From contig CM069162.1 in the NCBI GenBank assembly GCA_035221665.1, positions 25,234,001-25,298,000 of the forward strand: a stretch of 64,000 nucleotides of DNA, read 5' to 3'. This stretch comes from Okamejei kenojei (Eukaryota). The translations under genes were made by a program, and so were the position numbers. This document shows, one piece after another, positions 39,351-50,700 of this stretch. How positions within the stretch are numbered: position 1 is the stretch's first letter; each line of letters begins with the position of its first letter. A model generated the notes under the pieces. It made no database searches. It saw only the letters and a list, made by a program, of their open reading frames with translations, and had not been told where the DNA came from.

Positions 39351-40212
39351 AATGTGTCGGAAGGAACTGCAGATGCTGGTTTACACTGTAGAAGACCCGA
39401 ATCCTTCTATTCAGAGCGGCTGCCTGTTCCGCTGATTTACTCCAGCATTTTGCCACTATCTTTGGCCGATTCATAAGCTCGGGTTCTGTGCGATTCACCA
39501 CAAGCTCATTGCGGACATTGGACTTTATCTATGAAACTGGTGCGCTACGATGCTGAGAACTATATCCCGCACTCTGTGTCTTCCTCTTTAGTCCGTCTAT
39601 TGTACATGACTTTGAGTTGATTGCATGTATCTGCAGTATATCTGATTCCCTTGGATAGCATGCGACATCGGTACACGTGACAATAATACATCTAACCCTA
39701 AACCATCCCAGCACAGGTTAGCGATCGCGAGCAGGAAGTGCCTTCATCCTGCGAATCTCCAGGGCATTTTAGTTTCAAAGTTGAGCTGATCTAAGCTCGG
39801 TGCAGGTTGAGGATGTCGGCAGCATTCAGTGTGGTTGGACTGAAGGGGAAGGTGAGTCTCCAGCAAAGGCACCGGGGCTTGTGAAATCGGTTCCCTTTTA
39901 TAATTCGACAGGTTTGAGCCCTAGAGAGGGTTAATGTCAGAACCGTGCTTTCTCGGAGGGTGAAGGATATTTAATCCAGTCAGGGGACTGGTTACAGGGA
40001 AGCAGCTGTCGAAGGCCAGTCCCGACCTGTGAACATCGCTGAGCGAGGCTACCAGCGCGGCGCACATCACCGTGAGTCGCTGCAGGCTTCCGCGCCTCAG
40101 CGATGGGCGATGGCAGGCCGGGCCTCCCGACCTGATCTTTGCTGTGAGTTGTTGCAACGACTTGTAACGTTGTTACAGCATTGGTGATGCCGATTATACG
40201 GACATCCAACAA

Positions 40213-40625
40213 GTTTAAGAGATACAGCATGGAAACAGGCCCTTCGGCCCACCGAGCCACAGACTAGTTCTATCCTGCACATGACACTGTGAACCTTTTC
40301 GTGGGCAATTATAACTTACAACCTGCACGTCTTTGGAGTGTGGGAGGAAACCTGAAACCCGCAAAACAAACCCGAGACCCGGAGGAAACCCACATAGTCA
40401 CCGGGAGAATGTGCAAACTCCGGGTTTGAAGAAGGGTCCCGATCCGAAACGTCACCCATCCTTTCTTCTTCAGAGATGCTGCCTGGCCCGCAGAGTTACT
40501 GCAGCACTGTGTGTCTATCTTCAGTTTAGACCCGCATCTCCAGTCCCTTTCTACGCAGCACCCTAGTCAGGATCGAACCCGGGTTTACTGGCGCTGTAAG
40601 GCAGCGTGTCTACCGCTGCGCACCC
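40213..40625 (-). mobile_element. HE1-type V-SINE interrupted by a Penelope-like fragment (about 40421-40553)
   Basis: The SINE consensus resumes on both sides of the insert. Confidence 0.85.
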
Positions 40626-41165
40626 CCTTGCCCAAAGTGAATGCAGTGCTTGCAGCAGCCTCGCCACCAGCCTCCCACCGCGGCTTGCCAGGGGGGGGAA
40701 TAAGTGGGCATGGCTTGAATGACAAAAGCTCTGTGGTTGCGGAGATTTTTGAAGACACCACATGTTTCTTTCTAGTTGGGCACCCATTCCGTCCACAGGC
40801 CGCGCTCTCTGGGATATGCTAGTGACTTGATGCCTCCTGGTTTTGGAGCGGCACTGCCAGCGCTCCCCGCGGCTCCTCCGCCCGGCGTCGGTGCTGTGTG
40901 CGAGTGCAGCGTGGATCTGTGCTCGATCCTGCCCCCACCCCCCTCACACACACGCACGCACGCTATCCCCCAGAGGAGGCCCGGGTTAATGAGCAACAGC
41001 GACAACCTTGGCTGCTTCCCCCTCCCTAACTCGGGGGCTCCTCAACTGCTGAACTGTCAAGAGATAATCTAATTAACAACTGATTGCACGTCAAGATTCC
41101 CCTCGCAGTGACTCCCTGATTTAATGCATCCCACTCGGCGCTACCCTGGTACAACCTACCCAGCA

Positions 41166-41296
41166 TTTCTGAAGAAGGGTCTCGACCCGAAACGTCACCC
41201 GATCCTTCTCTCCAGAGATGCTGCCTGTCCCGCTGAGTTACTCCAGCTTTGTGTGTCTACCTTCAGTTTAAATCAGCATCTGCAGTTCCTTCTTAC
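41166..41296 (+). mobile_element. Short Penelope-like element terminal fragment with hammerhead-like core and 15-bp TSD
   Basis: CTGAAGA-A-GGGTCTCGACCC-GAAACGTC at 41169-41196; ACAACCTACCCAGCA at 41151-41165 and 41297-41311. Assignment to Penelope-like elements is inferred from the motif and architecture. Confidence 0.75.
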
Positions 41297-42429
41297 ACAA
41301 CCTACCCAGCAACCTGATGTGGCCAACCCTGCACTGCCATTGGAAGGTTTTAAATAAAACCGCAGATGCTGGAAATCTGAAATAAAAAGCTCAAAAAAAC
41401 GCAACAAGTCTTGCAGCATCGGTGGAAGGAGAGACGGTCAAAGTTTTGCGTCTGTGGCTCTTGGTCAGAACATTGCACTGAAACGCTTTACTGCATCTTA
41501 ACCCTCAGTGTGATGGCCTGATATAGGCGACCAACACTCTGCCTCAACTCGCTCGCATCCAACCCTCCCTCTCCCTCCAACACCATGTACCCTGTATATT
41601 TGTATAACAGTTGTGATGAGGGGCGGGGGGGGGGGGGGGGGGGGCTTTGCAGAACCGAAGACACGAGGAAATGCGGATGCTGGCACCTACAGCAAAACAC
41701 AAAACGGTGGAGGCATATGTGGAAGGAAATAGACCCGCGTAATCCCGTCCATCCCCATCCACAGACGCTGCCCGAGGCGCTGTGCTCCTCAGATACTTGG
41801 TATATAACGTTACATAACTCGCTGCGGGGATGTTGGCGCTGCCGGCGTTTATTGCTCCCCCTTGCTGCCTTGGGACTGGGACCATATCCAGGCCAGACCA
41901 GGTAAGAACATTAGCTGGATGAATTCAAATCGTGCCATGCCAATGAGAGATTCTGAATAGGAGATATGGAATCTCATCCCATGTCGGGAGTGCAGTGGCA
42001 GTGACTTCAGGGCCCGGGAAAGTTCAGCAGAAATGGCCCAACATCTAATGGATTGTTGCAACAACAACAAAAATAAATACATCGGGTTCACCACTATCTT
42101 CTGGGAATGCAATATCGATTAAGGTCCATTTGTGAGTTCAGAAACTGGTTGATTTAACTCTCTCTGAGGCAAGCCAGCATAACATGCAGGTCCATGCCTA
42201 TGTCTGGTGTAAAGGGAAGCTGCGCACTGCCGGTGCGGAGCCCGTCAGCCTGGGCGGGGATGTAACTGCGGCCGCGGTGCCCTCCTGTGTAAAGTGCAGG
42301 CAGCTCCCAGTGTCCGAGCAGGGGTCAGGCGGCCGAGGGGCTGCGGAGGGAAATCGCTGTCACAGCACCCTCTCTATCCCAGCTTCAAGATGCCCTAAGC
42401 CTCCCAACATCTGCCCACAATACCTTCTC

Positions 42430-42685
42430 TCACACACAAGCCTAACACACGCACAGCCTGACACACACACACAAAACAGACGCACACACACATATACACA
42501 GCCCCCCCCCCCCCCACGCACACACACACACACAGCGACATACCCCACAGATACACACAAACAAGCGCACATACGTATACATAGCCCCACACGCTCACAC
42601 AGCGACATACCCCACAGATACACACATACGTATACACATACCCCACTCACAGATATACACACACACAACAGGCACACACACAGTG
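42430..42685. repeat. (CA)n-rich tract with an internal duplication (cacacagcgacataccccacagatacacaca twice)
   Basis: Direct inspection. Confidence 0.9.
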
Positions 42686-42865
42686 CCCGATAATGAATAT
42701 GCAGGGATGAAGGGATATGGACCACGTGCAGGCAGATAAAATTAGTTTTATTTGGTATGTATGGCACGGATATGATGGGCAGAAGGGCCTGTTCCTGCGC
42801 TGGACTATTTTGCGTTCTAACCTGGCACTGTTCTGCTCCGGAGTAGGGTACGACCCGAAGCGTCA

Positions 42866-43032
42866 CCTGTATTCAAGAGAGTTAGATATAACTATCAGGG
42901 CTAACGGAATAAAAGGATACGTGGAGAAAGCAGGAACGGGGTACTGATTTTGGATGGTCACCCATGATCAAATTGAATGGTGGTGCTGGTTCGAAGGGCC
43001 GAATGGCCTACTCCTGCACCTATTTTCTATGT
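42866..43032 (+). mobile_element. CR1/HER1-type LINE 3' tail inserted in a Penelope-like fragment
   Basis: caagagagttagat...ctcctgcacctattttctatgtt, flanked by the two halves of the gacccgaa.cgtcacct / ggagatgctgcctgacc repeat. Confidence 0.8.
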
Positions 43033-44780
43033 TCCTTTATTTCCCGGAGATGCTGCCTGACCTGCTGAGTTCCTCCAACATTCAAGAGTCAAGAGTGTAC
43101 ATTGTGTTACGTCCCAAACAGCTGCATTCTTACTTGTGGATGCACAACAGAATATGTAAACATAGTATTCTGTAAACAATACAATAAAGGATAAACTTCC
43201 GTATCTACACATAAAAACAAACAATATTGCAAAAAGACTAAACCAATGCCCCCAAGTGTGTGTCTATCTTTGGTAAATACCAGCATGTGTAGTTTCTTAC
43301 TACAATGTTCTGCTCTGGCCCGGCTGCCAGCCTAAAGGATCTCGGCACAAAACGCCATCTATCCATTTTCTCGTGAGTTTTCTCGTTACTCCAGCACTTT
43401 GTGCATTTTTATTTTGTAAACCGGCATATGCAATTCCTTGTGTCTACACCAGGCAAAACTGTCGCGACACACAATGAACCGTAGATGCTGGGATCTGGAT
43501 GTAGGACGGAACTGCAGATGGTGGTTTCAAACGCAGACAACGCTGGAGGAACTCCGCGGGTCGGGCAGCGTCTGCGGAGGGAATGGGCGGACAGGCGACC
43601 CTTCCTCAGCTGCGGCTGAACACAACCCCGTGTCTCTGCCACGTCCTCACGCTGATGTCAGGGTGGCCGGAGGAAGTCACATGAAACGATGTAGGAGAAG
43701 CAGGGACTGGAATCGGAAGGATAAGGAGCAAATATACAAGCAAAGACGTTCAGGCGGCGTAAAATGTAAACGGCCGTCAAATTCAATTTGGTGGCGGCGA
43801 GAGCCGGTAAACAATATTTGCAGGTGTGATGCGGGCTGCGAGAGTGGAAAGATTGCAGCTTTGTGATGCAGTCTACCGTGAGCTAATGTGTAAATTAGTG
43901 AGTAGAAGTCAAGCAGTCAGGGCACATTCTCCAATAATAAATCCAAACAAGCCCTAGAGTCATTAGAGGAGCGTATTCGCACAAGGAGGTTTGGATTACG
44001 GAGCGACGGATCTCGCTAGATTGGGGTGGGAGGGGGGAGGTGCGGGGGTTGGCAATTGGGACCCAGGTACGGCGCGAATCGGCAGTCTGCTGTGGTTTAA
44101 TTAAATAAGGTGTTAAGGGATTAGGTGGAACTTGTCATTAAAATCCATTCAGGACGAGGCGACGGTGTTTTACTTTCGAGAGGGAGATGCGGCTGGTTGG
44201 ATTCATGAGGCTGCATTAATGAAATCAGATTGTACCACAGCCCCTTGTAGCAGCGTCGCGGCTGGGTTTTGTTTTCTGGGAATGACTGGGATCAGCGCTG
44301 CCCTTCGCTTGGCCTGGCGTATCAAGAGGACCCAATCATCCTCTCTCCCCCGCTCTCCCCCGAGAGAGTGGCTCTCGGTTCTCACAGTCTGAGACGGTGG
44401 GTCTGGGAGAGTGGTGCCGGGTCTGTGTGACCGTGGCCGAGGCTCGGTAGCAGAGGCGACCCCCGCCTTCCCCTGACCGACCATCGCCGCGTCAGGACTG
44501 GACACTGGGCCCGTGTTGTTGGGAGCAGAGGGCAGTGACTCCAGCGACATTGGGCCAGGCACGGTCTGGGAAATTCGGCTCAATTATGGGGAGAAGGCAG
44601 AAGAATGGGGTTAGGAAGGAGAGATAGATCAGCCATGATCTGATGGGCTGAACGGCCTAATTCTGCTCCTATCACTTTGAATTTATGAAAACGGGAGGCA
44701 ACACCTCAACCCTCGTGTTTCCTCTGCAGGACCGTCAATCCCATTGATCCCAGTCCATCATGTTGGGTAAACGATGTAAG

Positions 44781-44782
<2 letters not shown>

Positions 44783-44833
<51 letters not shown>

Positions 44834-44843
44834 GGGGGGGGGG
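44783..44843. repeat. (GT)n followed by poly(G)
   Basis: Direct inspection. Confidence 0.95.
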
Positions 44844-45559
44844 AATGTCGAAAATGAAGGGAAAAATACGATGAATGAAAACCTATAACAAATATCTAAA
44901 CGGTCATGAGATTATGGAAGGGTTGGGTCTTAGAGTCATAAAGCTATGCAGCACGATAAAAGGCCCTTCGGCCCATTTAGTCCATGCCGACCAAGTTGGC
45001 ATACAGGGCTGCAGTGAAGAAGTTACAATCCAGGTAGATGGGGTGGGAGATTGCAACCTTCACATGGTCCGCCCTGTTTCAACAAATGCAATCAACCCGG
45101 CGTGCACAATCAAATAAGATCAAATAGAACAAGTTGTCCGACAACTTTAGGCTGTGCACGCCATACGCAAGAAGAAGAAGAAGGCAGGTAATGGCATGCA
45201 TGAGCCAAATTAGTGTGCAAAGGAGAAGAGAACAGTGTGCAGAATACAGTGTTACAGCTAGAGAAATTGCAAATTTAAAAAAAATGCAGGAGCTACACAA
45301 GGTAGATTGGAAGATCAGGAATTAATTCCTAACTTATGATAGATATAACTTATTCCTAACATGAAAGAATAGCCTGACAACAGCAGGCAAAAGGGGTCAA
45401 GGATAGAGCTATCACAACGCGGTCCTGAATCCACCAATCTTTCCACCATTACGCACAAGAAGCCATTGCCTGCAGATGCCAAGACGTGTGTTCAGCTCTG
45501 GCTGAACAATTTCTAATCTTGTGATGTGGACTCGATAAGAAGAAAAATCAGGCAAAAAG

Positions 45560-46630
45560 CTGTTCTTGAATGCGGTGGTACATGCTTTCAACCTTTTGTA
45601 TCTTCTGTCTGAAGGCAGAGAGAATAGGGAATGACTCCTCCTCGATTATGTGAGTGCTCCTTGATTATGTTAGCTACTTTCCTGAGGCAGTGTAAAGTTA
45701 AGATGGAGTCCATGGGGTGGGGGAAAGAGGGGTGGACTAGGCTGCATCCAGGACTCTGCAGTTTCTTGCGATCTTGCGCCAAGCCCTGATGCACCACACA
45801 GGATGCTTTCAATGGTGCATATGTAGAAAGTTGTGTCATTGGAGATATGCTGAATTTCCTTAGCCTTTTGAGCAAGTCGAGGCATTAGTGAGGTTTCTTG
45901 GACATAGTGGTTAATGTATTTGAGCCAGGACAAATTGTTAGTATTTACACCTCGGAACCTGAAGCTCATGACCATATCCACTTTAGCACCACTGAAAGAG
46001 ACTGGGGCGTGTACCCCACCGTACCTCCCACCGTTGGTGATCAGCTTCTTTGTTTTGCTGATGTTGAGGGGGAGGTTGTTGTCTGGATACCCTGCTCTTA
46101 ATCTCTCAATCCCCTTCCCGTACCCAGTCTCACCATTGTTTGAGACTTGGCCCACTACAGAGGTGTCATCTGCAAACTTGTAGCTCAAGTTAGAGCAGAA
46201 GTTGGCCACACCGTCGTGCGTAACTAGGGAGTGTAGCAAGGGTTTGAGAAAGCAGCTTTGCAGAGGTCCGGTGTTGAGAATAATAGTGGAAGATGTTTTG
46301 TCCCCAATTCTTATTGAGTTCGGACCCAACCCGGATTACAGGTACCGACAGTCAACAAATCTCCCTCCTGATTACGGTCTATGGGTCAGAAAGTCGATCC
46401 AATTGCAGGAGGGGGTTCTGAGTCCGAAGTCCAGTTTGGAGATGAGTTTGGTTAGAATTATGGTGTTGAAGGTGGAGCTATGGTCAATAAATATGAGTCT
46501 AATGTAGGTGACTTTGTTATCCAGATGTTCCAGAGATGAGTTTAGGGTCAGAGAGCTGGCATCTGCAATGGACCTGTTGCAGCAGACGGCAAATTGAGGC
46601 TGGAGTTAATGTGTGCCATTACCAGACTGT
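45560..46630 (-). mobile_element. Degenerate Rex1-type LINE RT fragment
   Basis: Translation includes IRIGDKTSSTIILNTG, KFADDTSVVG and NNLPLNISKTKKL, with multiple stops and frameshifts. Confidence 0.85.
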
Positions 46631-47149
46631 TCGGGATACTTCCACCTAGTGCAGGGAGAGGAGAAACATCAAGCAAATCCCCGCTCCGTGAAACCCTGCA
46701 GAACCCGCCAATGTATGGAGATAAGGTGGTGATGGTACAAAGCCCCTCGTGCTTGACTATCTGCACTGAATGGAAGGGTTTATGTATGAAAAATAACCCT
46801 GTGCCCTAGGAACTGGAGGGTGACAAATGCCTTGGTGAGGATGTGGACAAAAGTGGTGAATAAAACTTATAAAATTAAAGCAAAGGAGAAAGGAGATTAA
46901 GGAGGAGCAGAGGGAACTGATCTTTTTACCCAAATGCCACAGTCTGTGTAGCAACAGATGCAATGAGCATCAAACCCAGCCACTCTCTGCTTTCACACCC
47001 GCAAGCTGGGGTGTGACCTTGCAGTCGGCCGAGATCTGGTGGGGCCTCAGCCAGCATCTCCCTACATCTGTGAAGTCTATTATAGGCTCTCATTGCACGT
47101 TCATTGGCAGCCACAGGGACCTGCTGAGGAATCTGTGTGAGTGGCTGGG

Positions 47150-47700
47150 CAGAGAGAGAGAGAGAGAGAGAGATAAAGCAAGCGAGATAACAAGAGAGAG
47201 AACGAAAGATCAACTGGAGAAGAAAAAGTGGAAGAGAGTTACTGTGATAGATACTGATTGAGGATAACAGGCATAGAAAATCTAGAGAGATCGATAAGGA
47301 GAGAGAGAAAAAGACAGATAAAGCAAGAGAGATCGACAGGAGCAGAGAGAAAAGAGCAAGAGTGACAGAGACAAACATAGCAAAGAGAGGGTAGCACACA
47401 TATGTATCTAGAGAGATCGACGAAGAGGAGGGAGAGCGAAAGGGATACTAAGTAGAGAGAGAGACAGAGAGGGAGAGAGAGAGAGAAAGAAAGGGAAAGG
47501 GAAAGGGAAAAGACAGATTATGGCCAGAGAGATGCACAGACAAACACAATGAGAGGCAAACAAAACAAACAGGAGATAGAGAGAGAAAGGAAGTGTGGGG
47601 GGAAAAATAGGAAGAAATAGAGAGAGGGAGAATGAGAAAGGGAAAATAAACATACGCAAATAACTAAAAACAGTGAGGAAGGAATAAATGAAGAGAGCGA
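47150..47700. repeat. GA-rich low-complexity tract
   Basis: Direct inspection. Confidence 0.9.
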
Positions 47701-50700
47701 GTCCGTGTCTGAGAGGAATGCGAGGACTGACGCACATTCTGCAGTTCACTGCTTTATTGTCTGCCTGATTAAGCAAAACAATAGAGAGATAAAACTTTTT
47801 TTTATGAATTTCAGTGTATTAACCCTCACACAAACTCTCAGAAACAAGTGGAATTCCAGGGCCTCACTTGGTGCGGTAAAAATTGCTTCACAAACTGTCG
47901 TACTTTTTAAAGTTTCAGAAACAGTATAAATTATTTATTTTTTCAGCCCAAGTGAATGAAAACCCTCTCCTCTTTTATTTTTTCGTTGATAATAGTTCCT
48001 TTTGAAGGATGGGGAATCTCGGCCTTCAACTGAGCAGTTGGGCCTCCTCCCTTTTAGCACACAAAAACCTGGCACCATTTGGCTTTTAATAGCTCTTGTC
48101 ATGTGTGCTGTGTGCACTCTGATTTTTTTTGTCTCACCTAGGACAAAACAGAGGCCCATGGACCCTTTCAGCACTCTGCAGCCCGCACCTTAGGGGTCCA
48201 TTAGTGAGTGAATACAGCACTGACAAACCCGTGCAGCCCAATGTGATATCTATAAACGCTGACATATTTACTCGATGTGCAGCACTGTGAAGGAAGGTGC
48301 TGCCTGAATATTAAAACATTAAGCAGCGGGGGGTGGGATCACAGGGTCTCGGGCTGTTTCAGGCATAACAAAGGTACCTGCTCTTCAGGCCTAGTGGCTA
48401 AGACAGGCTGTCATTATGACTGGCCCTTTTCACACTTCTAGCCTCTCCATTGATTTTTTTTTTGGATGGGAGGGAGGTGGAGAAAGTTTAAATTGAGGCT
48501 GTGAACTTATTTTTCTGCACTGATAAGCAGGCTTCGGCTTTAACCATTTCTTGCCTGGGGCAACTTTGGACCAGAACTAAGCAGATGCAGGCCTCTCAAG
48601 CCGGGTACGGATCAGTTTGGCAGAGACAGTGGTGTGAGTAGGTCAGAGTAAATGTCTCCAAACTCTGCTCCCTCCCCACTCAGAATGCTCTCTACCCTCA
48701 CTCAGCCCCTCCCTCACTATCATGGACAAGTCATCCCAAATGCCAGGAGTCAAAGGGTTAATGGTTTAATAGTTTGCAGGCTTACTCCAGGACAGTTCGA
48801 AGAATGTACTTTACATGGATATTCCGACCTCCAATTCTCACCAACCCCCCTCTTCCCCCCCGGCCGTAGCACCTGTGGACTGTGACTTGTTTCAAAGCCT
48901 TCCCTCACCCTCAGCATCATCCCAGCTGAGACTTTGTATAGAATCTGAGGAAAGTTATTTACACTGAGCGTGTCACAGGATTAAAGTCTCAACTCCATCC
49001 TCTCATATTCTGACCAGGGGAAGTGGAGCTGTGCCACTCAGCCGTCGTAGAGTTACATAGCATGGGAACAGGTCTTTCGGCCCAACTCGTTCATGCTGAC
49101 TGAGATACCTATCTACGTTAATCCTGTTTGCCTGCGTTTGGCCAATATCCCTCTATCCCTTTCCTATCCAGCTACTATCAGGTCTGGGGCTGTGACTGCT
49201 CCAAATAATTCTGGCCAACGTTAGCTCATCCCACGTTTTTCTGCCTGATGGATTTGTCTTGATTTCCTTTCAATATATCTCTGCTATGCACCTCAAACAT
49301 ACCCAATGATGGCGAACGTTACGTTCATGTTGGCACTCTCTGGCAATCCCTTTCGGATGTTTCTCACTGTCAGACATATACGGCCCTTTTGGATACACCC
49401 ACAACTGGAAATATCCTCTCCATCTTCACAGAACTTTTAAAACCTATCAATATATTTTGATGATATTAAGCTAGGGTACTGTCCAATTCACCTCTACCTC
49501 ACTGCGGAGAGATGAAGTTGTCTCTGGAACGGTTTATGCTATAATGCTGAGCACTACATGCAGCACTCTGTATCTCTCCCTGTACTACCTACTATACTTG
49601 TATTTGGCATGATATCTACATATTATTATCTGATTTTATTGAATAGCACACAAAACAAAGCTTTTCACTGCACCTCAGTACACATGATCATACTAAATCT
49701 AAAGCTAAACCTTATTCTGAAAAGATCCCAATCTGTTCAATATTTTATTTCATTTCTGATATCATACTATTAAATTCATATTCTTTGTGTCTCCCTATTA
49801 TTTGTACATATGGAGGGCTAGAGATGTGTATAGGACCTGATACAAGTTTGAGAGAATTTCTCCTCATTTCAATCGTCTGTCCAGAAACAAACCTCAATGT
49901 TTGGATTTACCTTTCTTTGTTGGCTATGTTTAAAGCTATGCCCTTCGCCGTCTACAGATAATATTAGGGGAAAGAGACCAGAGATCCATATCGGTCACGA
50001 TGGGCCAAACAGCTCACTTCTAGGTGTAAAGTTCCTCAATCCAAAGCAACAGACATAACTTTCCATCATTTTAAACATGTTTAGAAAGAATTATGTTTCA
50101 GCTGTGCTGAAACTTTTGTCCGTTAGACATTTGACTGTCTGCACTCCGGCCCCTGTGGTGATTTACAGATATATTGGATTACTCTACCCATCGGTGCCAG
50201 CACTGAGCCAATGGCATTCCCATTCATCTCCAGGTCACCCAATGTTTTCCCTCCCAAGTATCACTGTCTCTTGAGCAGACACTGACCACACTCCTGTCAT
50301 CCACACTAAATTCCACTCACAGTCCAGACACATCTAACACATTGAGAATGTTTGTCAATGATCCTGAAAGATTTAGCATGGAGATCAAAACTACAAGCAC
50401 ACTGATCTCATCTGGGCAGTGAAGGGGGCTCTGAAATCAGTGTGTAAATCCTTCACAGGGAAAGAGAAAGCAAGCTAGGGTTCTCAATCCCATAATTATT
50501 CTCTGGGACTGCGTGTATCTTTGTGTGCGAGTGTCTGTCTCTCTGTGTGCATGTGTCTGTGTCTCTCTCTGTGCAGTGTCTGTGCGCGTGTTTGTGTGTG
50601 TGTGTGTGCGAGTTGAATACTTGAGGATATCTGTGTTCATGTGTGTAAATGAGCAATTGAAATAATACATGCTAAATCTATGTACATGGATGCAAATTAG

